Part shown: positions 39,748 to 48,175 of the stretch, piece after piece
Position numbering within the stretch: the first letter of the stretch is position 1
Layout of the letters: every line of letters begins with the position of its first letter
Source of the DNA: Promethearchaeota archaeon
GTDB lineage: Archaea > Asgardarchaeota > Lokiarchaeia > Sigyniarchaeales > SOKP01
Reading direction: 5' to 3'
Length of the DNA: 64,000 bases
NCBI GenBank assembly: GCA_030599585.1
Contig: JAUVNS010000007.1
Location: 64,001 to 128,000, forward strand
Position numbers and translations under genes: made by a program
The notes under the pieces: generated by a model
Told to the model about the DNA's origin: nothing
Databases searched by the model: none
Seen by the model: only the letters and a program-made list of their open reading frames with translations

Positions 39748-40989
39748 ATTCATACAACAGCGCCAGATCAAGATAAGAAGTTCGATAAACGCCTCTTAAT
39801 CATTTTCCTGATTCAATTTACTGAGGTTTTAGGGTTTAGCAGTGTGATGCCTATAATCCCCTTTTTAGGGTTATCTTTAGGTTTAGATGCGTTTCAAGTT
39901 GGCTTAATTCTTAGTATTTTTAGCATATGTCAACTTTTCGCGAGTCCTATTACTGGCAAACTTAGTGATAGATACGGAAGAAAACCATTGCTACTATTTA
40001 GTCAATCGAGCACTCTTATAGGATTTCTTCTTCTAGGAATGGCTAATAATGTCTGGATATTAGTTGCAGCTCGCCTTGTAGACGGTCTTCTTGGAAGTAA
40101 TATGACTGTTGCTCAAGCGTATATTAGTGATGTGTCTAATCCAAAAGATCGAACTAAAATATTTGGTTATTCAAGCGCGGTTTTTGGTATTGGGTTAATA
40201 TTTGGCCCCGTAATCGGTGGACTATTATCAACAATCAACTTTTCAGTTCCCATGTTTTTTGCTGCGGGAGTTAGTCTTCTCTCCATAATACTAGTATTAA
40301 TTTTTTTACCCGAATCACTAAATAAAATAGAGAGAGAGAATAAAATCCGCTTTAATTTTGGAGATATAATCCCTATCAAGGAAACTAAGCGATTCTTTAA
40401 AGCGGTTAAAATTCGGGGTACATTAGTAATTTTCTTTATCTATAATTTCGGATTTTTTCTGTTTATTACAACTTTTGCTCTTTTTGCTGAAAAACAAATT
40501 CATGCAACTGTCCAAGAGCTTAGTTTTTATATGGCTTGGATTGGAATTCTTAGGGTTATTTTTCAATTTTTTCTCATCAGTCCATTATTGAAAAAGTTAA
40601 GTGAAAACACAACTCTGAGGATAGGTATTTTTGCTATGATTTTCACAATGGCATTTCTGATTTTTTCCACTAACTACTGGATCGTGTATATTCCGATTTC
40701 CTTTTTAGCTTTTGGAACAGGCGTGGTTCGCCCAATTCTTACAAGTAAATTAACAAAAACTGTTAAAAGAGAGGAAACTGGAATTTTACTAGGTGTAAAT
40801 AACGCGTTAATCAGTATTGGTCAGATTATAACCCCAATTCTTGGTGGGTTAATCTTACTATTTCTACCTCCACAAATGCTTCCATTGTTATCAGCTGTTA
40901 TATTCGCACTTATATTTCTCTTATGGCGATGGGCATTTGTAAAGCCGTTTCAGAGTGAAAAACAGCAATCAGTAGAGTCAAAGGAATAA
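39748..40989 (+). CDS. MFS transporter, TetA/DHA1-like; start uncertain (track start 39844)
   Basis: Motif A GKLSDRYGRKP and AQAYISD. The TM1-like segment FDKRLLIIFLIQFTEVLGFS lies in frame upstream of the called GTG start. Confidence 0.8.
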   Translation: MHTTAPDQDKKFDKRLLIIFLIQFTEVLGFSSVMPIIPFLGLSLGLDAFQVGLILSIFSICQLFASPITGKLSDRYGRKPLLLFSQSSTLIGFLLLGMANNVWILVAARLVDGLLGSNMTVAQAYISDVSNPKDRTKIFGYSSAVFGIGLIFGPVIGGLLSTINFSVPMFFAAGVSLLSIILVLIFLPESLNKIERENKIRFNFGDIIPIKETKRFFKAVKIRGTLVIFFIYNFGFFLFITTFALFAEKQIHATVQELSFYMAWIGILRVIFQFFLISPLLKKLSENTTLRIGIFAMIFTMAFLIFSTNYWIVYIPISFLAFGTGVVRPILTSKLTKTVKREETGILLGVNNALISIGQIITPILGGLILLFLPPQMLPLLSAVIFALIFLLWRWAFVKPFQSEKQQSVESKE

Positions 40990-41080
40990 ATCATTAATTT
41001 GTAATTATTCCATTTTTCTTTTTCAATTCTTTATAATATCACCATAATACCATGGTAATACTGATATATATACATTTAAT

Positions 41081-41100
41081 CGTGAAACTCAGCTTTCACG
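41081..41100. terminator. Hairpin between convergent genes (possible terminator or protein-binding site)
   Basis: CGTGAAA-ctcagc-TTTCACG perfect 7-bp inverted repeat near an A-run. Confidence 0.35.
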
Positions 41101-41126
41101 AAGATTTTAAAAATAAAAAAAAAAAG

Positions 41127-41684
41127 TTAGATGTCTTTTATGCCTAAAATTCCGCCAACCATCCCTAAACCGCCACCTATAAATAATGTAATTGTACCTA
41201 ACGAAAGAGTGGAATTCAACCAACCTCCCATATCTACTATAGGCACGTCAAGTGGCCACACACCGGGTGCGATAGGTGCGCTAAAGAATAACCCGGAAAA
41301 TCGATTCATGAGCTCTAAATCCCCAATGGCTATGTTACCTGAATATATTATCATCATTATTCCAAAGATTATTGCAATGATCGAGCCAATTATTGCGACA
41401 TACTTGCTTTTCAAACCCACTAATTGTACAACTCCAGAAAGTATGAAAACAAGATATAAAATCGAGAATGCATAGATGAGCATCGTATCTTCGCTGGTAT
41501 ATGCGGGGAATGTAGCTATCCAATAACCTGGATTTCCCCAAATTTCTGGAAGATTAAAAAGAAATCCAATACCCGAAATATGTGTGCGACCGTCAATAGG
41601 GTCTCCATAACTAAAAGAAAACAAGAACGTTGAAACGAGGGTTACAATAGCACTAACAAGAACTATTAATTTTCCAATTTTCAT
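41127..41684 (-). CDS. Hypothetical membrane protein (about 4 TM)
   Basis: 185 aa with several hydrophobic segments, ATG start. Confidence 0.7.
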   Translation of the reverse strand: MKIGKLIVLVSAIVTLVSTFLFSFSYGDPIDGRTHISGIGFLFNLPEIWGNPGYWIATFPAYTSEDTMLIYAFSILYLVFILSGVVQLVGLKSKYVAIIGSIIAIIFGIMMIIYSGNIAIGDLELMNRFSGLFFSAPIAPGVWPLDVPIVDMGGWLNSTLSLGTITLFIGGGLGMVGGILGIKDI

Positions 41685-41763
41685 AAATTTTCACATTTTT
41701 TTTAGAATTTTACTACATTTTTATTTATTATAACAAATTTGTTAAATACCATTTATCTTAGAT

Positions 41764-41915
41764 CTTATATAATAGTATGTTCTGAACACCCAGATCAAAA
41801 TTGTGTGCACAACAATTCCATAAAAATATGTTTCAGATTGAAACTTTTTAGTGTTTCCAAGTAGTGAATTTAAACTCCCTCAATCCGAGAAAAATTTTCA
41901 AAATTAATTCGTTAT
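41764..41915. repeat. Degenerate ~150-bp non-coding direct repeat, copy 1, containing palindrome GTTTCAGATTGAAAC (41830-41844)
   Basis: Aligns by eye with 44514-44665 (tgaaca...gatca.aatt...tgtttcagattgaaact.tttag...aagt...gaatttaaact...). Confidence 0.75.
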
Positions 41916-41923
41916 GTTTCCAA

Positions 41924-42487
41924 TTAAGTAGGTTTTCGTTCCCAAATTTTTATAGATTCAAAAATAAATACAACCGTGCAAAAAATTATAAAAAACAGAA
42001 AAAGTAGACTCGCTGGATTGCTAATAAACGAATCACCATATATCCTCGCAAGAAAAACATATCCTACAACACCCAGAATGTTAATAACTAAGTATAAAGA
42101 AAATCGGGGAATCATAAAAGGTCCTAACCGAAAATAAAATCCTAACACACCCTTTTTTTCACCTTTCTTCACGTAATATTTACCATCTTTATCGTTTTTA
42201 GAAATAATCCCTGCCTTCAATAATTTATTTAATTGATAAGAAACCGTTCCGGAAGACACCATTTTTAATGCTTTCTGAATTTCCCTTACTCCCGCGCGAT
42301 TGTGAGTCAAAATATACCAATACACTTGGAGTGTCTTACCTTGCAATACTTTTTCCCGATTTGGCTTAAGATTTTCTGCTTCTATATCTGGATCTGACAT
42401 TACACGCAAGGTTTCATTTTTTGATTTCGAGATTATAGATGTTAATTCAAGTCCTTCCTTTTTATATTTTATTCTTCCAGGTGTCAT
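41924..42487 (-). CDS. Membrane-anchored winged-helix transcription regulator
   Basis: LQVYWYIL...GVREIQKALKM.SSGTVSYQLNKL..AGII followed by two C-terminal TM helices; ATGA overlap with the upstream gene. Confidence 0.8.
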   Translation of the reverse strand: MTPGRIKYKKEGLELTSIISKSKNETLRVMSDPDIEAENLKPNREKVLQGKTLQVYWYILTHNRAGVREIQKALKMVSSGTVSYQLNKLLKAGIISKNDKDGKYYVKKGEKKGVLGFYFRLGPFMIPRFSLYLVINILGVVGYVFLARIYGDSFISNPASLLFLFFIIFCTVVFIFESIKIWERKPT

Positions 42488-44463
42488 AAGAAATCTAAGT
42501 CCTCTTTGGGTTTTCTGAACATTTTACGATTTTTATATATTATAAAAACAGAAACTCCAACAATCGCAGCAGAAATAATGACAATAAATGGGAAATACTC
42601 TAAATCTGGTTCTAAAATTTTTATGACGATAACGCTTGCACTACCTATTTTCCCTGTTATATCCGTTACATAAAAGGTTATATTAATCTCTCCTTGGGGT
42701 AAGTCTCTCCACTTAAATTGTAAAAGCTCTCCTGACATATGAGAATAATTATCGCGTACAATAGTCCAAGAAGCCCATTGATCATTGGCTTCAATTATCA
42801 AAGATGCAGAATTAGGTTCTTCGATTGAAATCAAATAACTAGGAGCCTCAACTCCAAATTTTTCATTTTGTAGGGGACTGACAATGGTAATGATTGGTTT
42901 ATAAGTATCTTTGATTACTGAAACTTCAACATATTCTTCCTTGCCCATCGTATTATTCGCATAAAAATTTATATCCACTATACCTTCTTCTTGTTTATCC
43001 CATTCCGTTTGATCGATTGCTCCTATCGATCCAGAAAAAGTGATATTAACTAATCCACCATCTAAAGAATACCAAGTAGAATCTAAATTTGAATCAAAAG
43101 TTGATATATCGAAGTTTGGGGATACATTACCGTAAAAACTAAATTGGTTTGGGAAATTAATTGTAATATTACTAATAATATATTTCACCAAAATAGTGTT
43201 TCTCGATAATGCGGTTCCCGAAATATAGACTACATCAGACGAATCAACTGCTACTCCACTTCCACTATCAATCCACTCAAATATACGATACCATTGCTGG
43301 TCACCAGAACTGTTATACTTCACCAGAATCATATTACCACTATCCACCCCAAAGCTATCTGTACTTCCCGTAAGATACACATTGTCAGACAAATCCACTG
43401 CTACTCCACTACTCTCATCCCTATCACTCCCACCCCATGTGCGATTCCATTGCTGCACACCAGAACTATCATATTTCACCAGAACCATATCAAAACCCCC
43501 TAAACCGAAGCTATTTGTACTTCCCGTAAGATACACATTGTCAGATGAATCCACTACCACTCCATTACATTTATCCCTATCACTCCCACCCCATGTACGA
43601 TTCCATTGCAGCACACCTGAACTATCATATTTCACCAGAATCATACCACCATCCCCATTCCAGTCTCCGATTCCTGCAAGATACACATTATCAGACGAAT
43701 CCACTGCCACTCCATTACCCCTACCCAGTTTATTCTCCCCCACTCCACCCCATGTGCGATTCCATTGCTGCACACCAGAACTGTCATACTTCACCAAGGC
43801 CATATCCCAGTCTCCGATTCCTGCAAGATACACATTATCAGATGAATCCACTACAACTGCTCTACCATCATCCCAACCATCCCCACCCCATGTACGATTC
43901 CATTGCGGCTCGCCAGAACTGTCATATTTCATCAGAATCATATCATGCCCTTCAAATCCAGACATACCATAAGTATTTCCTGCAACATACACATTGTCAG
44001 ATGAATCAACTGCTACTCCACCTTTCTCATCTAAATAACCCCCGCCCCATGTACGATTCCATTGCTGCACACCAGAGCTGTCATATTTCGCCAGAAAATT
44101 TTCGTTTATACTATCAACTACATAGTAACCACCCCTGTGTCCTATATTATACACATTACCAAACGAATCCACTGCGACTCCTAAACCTCCAATACCACCT
44201 CTCAACCCCCATAAGCGAGTCCATTGTATAGTAGCTGAATTGCTCCCAGATGAATGGATTCTAATAATCTTATCTTCTTTTTCATCTCGTTCATTCGATA
44301 GGACTGGAATCCCTTGTAATTTGATACTAAAACACCAGAGTAAAATAAATATAACAAAGTATGTTTTCACATTTTTAATTTTCCAGCTGGATTTTTTTAC
44401 TCTTTTCAATCTCAATTTATGTTCTCCATCGTAGTTAAATATTATTTTTGGATGTGATTTCAT
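42484..44463 (-). CDS. Surface protein with SBBP beta-propeller repeats, Ig-like domains and C-terminal TM anchor
   Basis: About 7 repeats of 'GVAVDSSDNVYLAG...DMxLVKYDSSGVQQWNRTWGG' and a C-terminal hydrophobic helix with a basic tail. Confidence 0.88.
   Translation of the reverse strand: MKSHPKIIFNYDGEHKLRLKRVKKSSWKIKNVKTYFVIFILLWCFSIKLQGIPVLSNERDEKEDKIIRIHSSGSNSATIQWTRLWGLRGGIGGLGVAVDSFGNVYNIGHRGGYYVVDSINENFLAKYDSSGVQQWNRTWGGGYLDEKGGVAVDSSDNVYVAGNTYGMSGFEGHDMILMKYDSSGEPQWNRTWGGDGWDDGRAVVVDSSDNVYLAGIGDWDMALVKYDSSGVQQWNRTWGGVGENKLGRGNGVAVDSSDNVYLAGIGDWNGDGGMILVKYDSSGVLQWNRTWGGSDRDKCNGVVVDSSDNVYLTGSTNSFGLGGFDMVLVKYDSSGVQQWNRTWGGSDRDESSGVAVDLSDNVYLTGSTDSFGVDSGNMILVKYNSSGDQQWYRIFEWIDSGSGVAVDSSDVVYISGTALSRNTILVKYIISNITINFPNQFSFYGNVSPNFDISTFDSNLDSTWYSLDGGLVNITFSGSIGAIDQTEWDKQEEGIVDINFYANNTMGKEEYVEVSVIKDTYKPIITIVSPLQNEKFGVEAPSYLISIEEPNSASLIIEANDQWASWTIVRDNYSHMSGELLQFKWRDLPQGEINITFYVTDITGKIGSASVIVIKILEPDLEYFPFIVIISAAIVGVSVFIIYKNRKMFRKPKEDLDFL
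43230..44200 (-). repeat. Intragenic tandem ~140-155-bp repeats encoding SBBP blades
   Basis: Recurrent near-identical DNA blocks such as ccccatgt(a/g)cgattccattgc and gatacacatt(a/g)tcaga. Confidence 0.85.
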
Positions 44464-44513
44464 TCTAATTTCTCCAAAATTTTATTTTGATAAATTATTA
44501 ATTATTCCTGTAA

Positions 44514-44665
44514 CTTATAATCCTATTTTTTGAACAGCTCGATCAGAATTTTAGGTACTTCGATTACATGAAATTTTGTTTCAGATTGAAACTGTTTAGC
44601 ATTTTTAAGTGGAGAATTTAAACTACACCAACCTGATAAAAAATTAACCAACTTAAATTTGATAA
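44514..44665. repeat. Degenerate ~150-bp non-coding direct repeat, copy 2, containing palindrome GTTTCAGATTGAAAC (44578-44592)
   Basis: Aligns with 41764-41915 and carries an identical 15-bp palindromic core. Confidence 0.75.
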
Positions 44666-44895
44666 AATTATATACAAAAATTAGGTCTAATTTATTATGA
44701 ACTTCAGATTCGCATATGGATGGGAGGATATAACTACAATTTTGGAACTCTAATTATTAAATATAAACTACTTCTTTTGATCATTTGATTACCAATTTTA
44801 GATTAAATGAGAGAAATTTAAGTAGTTAGATTTCTATGAAATCTTCAAAAGTATTTTTATTCTAAAAAAACATATTACCAAATTGGTCGAAACCT

Positions 44896-45858
44896 ATGGC
44901 TATACAACTAACTAAAATGATTATGCACGGCATTCTTAACGCTGTCCTCTACATTGCTTTACCTTTGGTTCTCTTTGAAGTAATCTCTATGATGGGCCTT
45001 ATGACTTTTGCTCAAGAGTTTAAAACGACTATAATAATAATAGGGATTATAGGAGTTGTTTTTTCAATGCTAAGCCACGCATATCCTAAGGACACATCAG
45101 CAAATCGCCTTATAGCATTCGGATCAACTGTTTATTCTGGTATCTATCTGTTTTATCTTTTCGGTGGCTTTACGCCGGGAGTACAATTAGGGAATTATTC
45201 AATAAATGTGCCTCCTCTTCAAGTACTCCTAGGTTTGCAGGTAATTGCTTGGTTATTGTTAGGTTCTTCAGGATTAAGAGCGTTAAAGTATTTAATCGAA
45301 GCAGTTGAGTTACGAAAGAATAAAGAATATCGTGTAAAAAAGAAATTTAAGCTCAGCAATTTTTTTAAAGTTTTAGGAACGATACTCGGTCTAATTATAT
45401 TTGGCTATCTTGGTAGCATCGCATACAGTGGGATGAACCTTGGCTTTAATTTTCATCCAACTTTTGATGTAGATCACGATGTAGGCGTTCTACCTTTAGA
45501 TCCGATTGATGATACTATTAATATCACTATTACTTTTGATCTCGACAACCAAGGATTTTACGCGATTTATGATATTTATATCGACGCAGAATTTCGTACA
45601 GTGACTAGCGCGAATGAATCAGCACTCCCCGTAGGAGTAAAAGTAGGAGGATCATTAAATAACTTCTTTAGCACGTTTCATTCCTTCACAAATAATGTCA
45701 ATAATAACATAACGCTTGTAATGGACCCAACCTATATGGTAGGATTGGCTACTACAGATGCAACTTTAGCGCTGAAAATCTCATTTGCTACACTTTATGC
45801 TGCAATACTCATTAATTTGAATATAACCGTTAATATCCCATGGACCGCATTAATCTAA
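44896..45858 (+). CDS. Hypothetical multi-pass membrane protein
   Basis: About 5 N-terminal hydrophobic helices and a beta-rich C-terminal domain. Confidence 0.7.
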   Translation: MAIQLTKMIMHGILNAVLYIALPLVLFEVISMMGLMTFAQEFKTTIIIIGIIGVVFSMLSHAYPKDTSANRLIAFGSTVYSGIYLFYLFGGFTPGVQLGNYSINVPPLQVLLGLQVIAWLLLGSSGLRALKYLIEAVELRKNKEYRVKKKFKLSNFFKVLGTILGLIIFGYLGSIAYSGMNLGFNFHPTFDVDHDVGVLPLDPIDDTINITITFDLDNQGFYAIYDIYIDAEFRTVTSANESALPVGVKVGGSLNNFFSTFHSFTNNVNNNITLVMDPTYMVGLATTDATLALKISFATLYAAILINLNITVNIPWTALI

Positions 45859-45981
45859 TTTCTTAAATTTTCTATTTCTTTTTTTTTAAAATCGTATTAC
45901 CGTATTAAAACATAACCTTTCTTGGAGTATTAATATTTTTTAGCCAATCACTTTAAATTTGAAAACATTTTATTGAATATT

Positions 45982-46491
45982 ATGAACGAAGAACCGCCAA
46001 GGCCTAGTGGATTACCAGCGGGTTCTATAGCACCTATCTTTGATACTAAAGACATCTACGGAAAAGAAATGAATTTAGAAAACTTGCTTGAAGAATACGA
46101 CGGAGTGCTAATTGATTTCTTTAGAGGAAATTGGTGAAGTCATTGCAAAAAACATTTAACGCTACTAACCGAAAAGATATCCGAATTTAAGAATAGGAAC
46201 ATTAAACTTATGTCAATAGCAAGCGATAGCGAAAGACTTTTAAAGAAATTTAAAGAAGAAAATAATTTTGCTGTTGATATGATCTCTGATCGTGGAGCTA
46301 AAATTGCAAAAGAATACGATGTTTACTGGTTTGCTCCCGGTGGAGGAGGAACTTTGAACGTAAAACAAGCGGTGCCAAGCAAATTTCTGATAAATAAGGA
46401 AAGAAAAATCTTATGGACATACATTGGTAAAGATAAAACCGACAGGCCTTCTATAAAAATGATGACAGACATCATAGACGAAAAAATTTAG
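45982..46491 (+). CDS. Peroxiredoxin-like (AhpC/TSA, thioredoxin fold) selenoprotein with UxxC, 169 aa
   Basis: From ATG 45982: MNEEPPRPSGLPAGSIAPIFDTKDIYG...LIDFFRGNW-U-SHCKKHL. TGA at 46135-46137 (codon 52) is in frame with track ORF 46210..46491. TAG stop, SECIS directly downstream. Confidence 0.92.
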
Positions 46492-46498
46492 ATTTTAG

Positions 46499-46571
46499 AA
46501 TCCCTTAAGAATGAATCGTGCGTGAAAATTTTAGACAAACGAGGACGAACCTCGCAAAGGTTTATGGGATT
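46499..46571 (+). ncRNA. Eukaryote-like SECIS element 2 (3' UTR of the UxxC Prx-like gene)
   Basis: AAUCCCuuaaga-AUGA-A-UCGUgcGU-gaaaauuuuag-ACaaACGA-G-GA-cg-AACCU-cgcaa-AGGUU-uau-GGGAUU; helix II has two mismatches. Confidence 0.82.
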
Positions 46572-46858
46572 TATTTATTTTCTTTTTGATTGTGGGAATT
46601 TTATTCATAAGAAATAATAGAAAGAAAAGGTAGGAATATTTCTACGCCAACTTGAATTTCTTGAAAAATTGACTTCTTTTAGATGCATCTAATACTTCGA
46701 GTAAACAGATTTACAAATATGTCACATTATTTTAATTGCTCAATAAGTATATAAGTATATATTCAAGTTTAACTCCAATGAATAATAATCAACAAAAATT
46801 CTTTCAATAAATTTTAATTTACAAATCAAAAAAAAAAATATGAATTCTATAAGGAGAT

Positions 46859-48160
46859 TTGATTAAAATGGTAGAAAAAAAAACCGCTTGGTATGAAACA
46901 CCTGTAATTAAGGATATGATGGCTTTAGTTGGGGGTAGAGCTCTAAGAGCCGTAATGTCAACCTTTTGCTCGTCCAAAACATATCAGGGTAAATCAGCAC
47001 TACTAAGAGTTGCTCGATATTTAGAAGCTTCTCTTGATAAACAAGAAAGAAGAGCGTTAATAATAACAGACTCGTTTACTCAAAAATTTACTAAAAAGAT
47101 AACTAGCTACCTGGATTTAATTGAAATGGAATATAAAATATGGTCTGGAGCAATACCAGAAGTGCCAATCTCAACAATCTATGAAGGGGCTAAAATATGC
47201 GAAGAGTTTAAGCCACAAGTATTAATCGCATTAGGAGGCGGTAGCGTCATGGATACAGCAAAAATGGTAATGGTCAAATACGAAAAACCTGAAATAAATT
47301 TGATGATGATTTTGCCGTATTTCGGTTCTCTGGGATTACGAAAGAAAATGAAATATTTTATAGCAATTCCTACGACATCTGGGACGGGTTCCGAGGTAAC
47401 TCAAGCAGCCGTAATTACAGATACCGATAGAGAACCGCCTAAAAAACTTGTAGTGTTGAGCGACGAGATATATGCTGATATTACGATTTTATTTACAGAT
47501 TTTGTTAAAGACATGCCTCCATTTCTAACAATGGCCACAGGTTTAGACGCTCTTTCTCACGCTTTGGGGAGTTACATTTCAAATTGGGGTAGCCCATATA
47601 GTGACGCCATGAATTCGACTGCGATAAAAGAAGTCGTAAAATACCTTCCACGTGCTTACAAATACGGAGTTAAAGATATAGAAGCTAGAGAACATATGCA
47701 AATGGCTGCACTAATGGCAGGAATTGGATTTGGAAATACAACAGCGGGAATAGACCATGCGTTAGGACATAGTTTCGGGAAAATATTTGGGGTACATCAC
47801 GGAATATGTGTCGGATTGTTCGCCCCTTATTCTATTGCTTTTCAAGCAAAAGTTACCGATAGATGGAGAGCCTTATGCCCAATTTTCAATGTTAAAGATG
47901 AAAACAAGGGTAGAGATGAATTATACAAAGAATTTCTTCAAGCCGTCAAGAATTTTATAGTCTCACTTGATGGTCCTGTATGCGTAAAAGATTTGAAAGA
48001 TCCTGTTATTAGCAAAGAAGATTATTTCTCAAAACTAGATTTATTAGCAGAATATGCTGACGACGACGCAGTATCTCTAACTTCTTTTCGTACAATTAAT
48101 AGAAAGCTATATAAAACCATCTTTGAATACGCGTGGGATGGAAAAGATATTGATTTTTAA
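46859..48160 (+). CDS. Iron-containing alcohol dehydrogenase (AdhE ADH-domain-like)
   Basis: IALGGGSVMDTAK, AIPTTSGTGSEVT, GLDALSHA and GIDHALGH....FGVHHG. Confidence 0.9.
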   Translation: MIKMVEKKTAWYETPVIKDMMALVGGRALRAVMSTFCSSKTYQGKSALLRVARYLEASLDKQERRALIITDSFTQKFTKKITSYLDLIEMEYKIWSGAIPEVPISTIYEGAKICEEFKPQVLIALGGGSVMDTAKMVMVKYEKPEINLMMILPYFGSLGLRKKMKYFIAIPTTSGTGSEVTQAAVITDTDREPPKKLVVLSDEIYADITILFTDFVKDMPPFLTMATGLDALSHALGSYISNWGSPYSDAMNSTAIKEVVKYLPRAYKYGVKDIEAREHMQMAALMAGIGFGNTTAGIDHALGHSFGKIFGVHHGICVGLFAPYSIAFQAKVTDRWRALCPIFNVKDENKGRDELYKEFLQAVKNFIVSLDGPVCVKDLKDPVISKEDYFSKLDLLAEYADDDAVSLTSFRTINRKLYKTIFEYAWDGKDIDF

Positions 48161-48175
48161 TATGGAGGGAAAAAG

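Noticed and set aside
43294-44434. Plus-strand ORFs of up to 228 aa with repetitive His/Pro-rich translations
   Set aside because: Antisense shadows of the GC-richer SBBP repeat gene.
41830-44592. GTTTCAGATTGAAAC resembles CRISPR repeat ends (GTTTCA...ATTGAAAC)
   Set aside because: Only 15 bp, two copies 2.7 kb apart, no spacer periodicity and no cas genes.
44697-44730. ATGA...GA segment resembling a fourth SECIS
   Set aside because: Poor helix, no A-rich loop, wrong spacing and no UGA-containing gene upstream on that strand.
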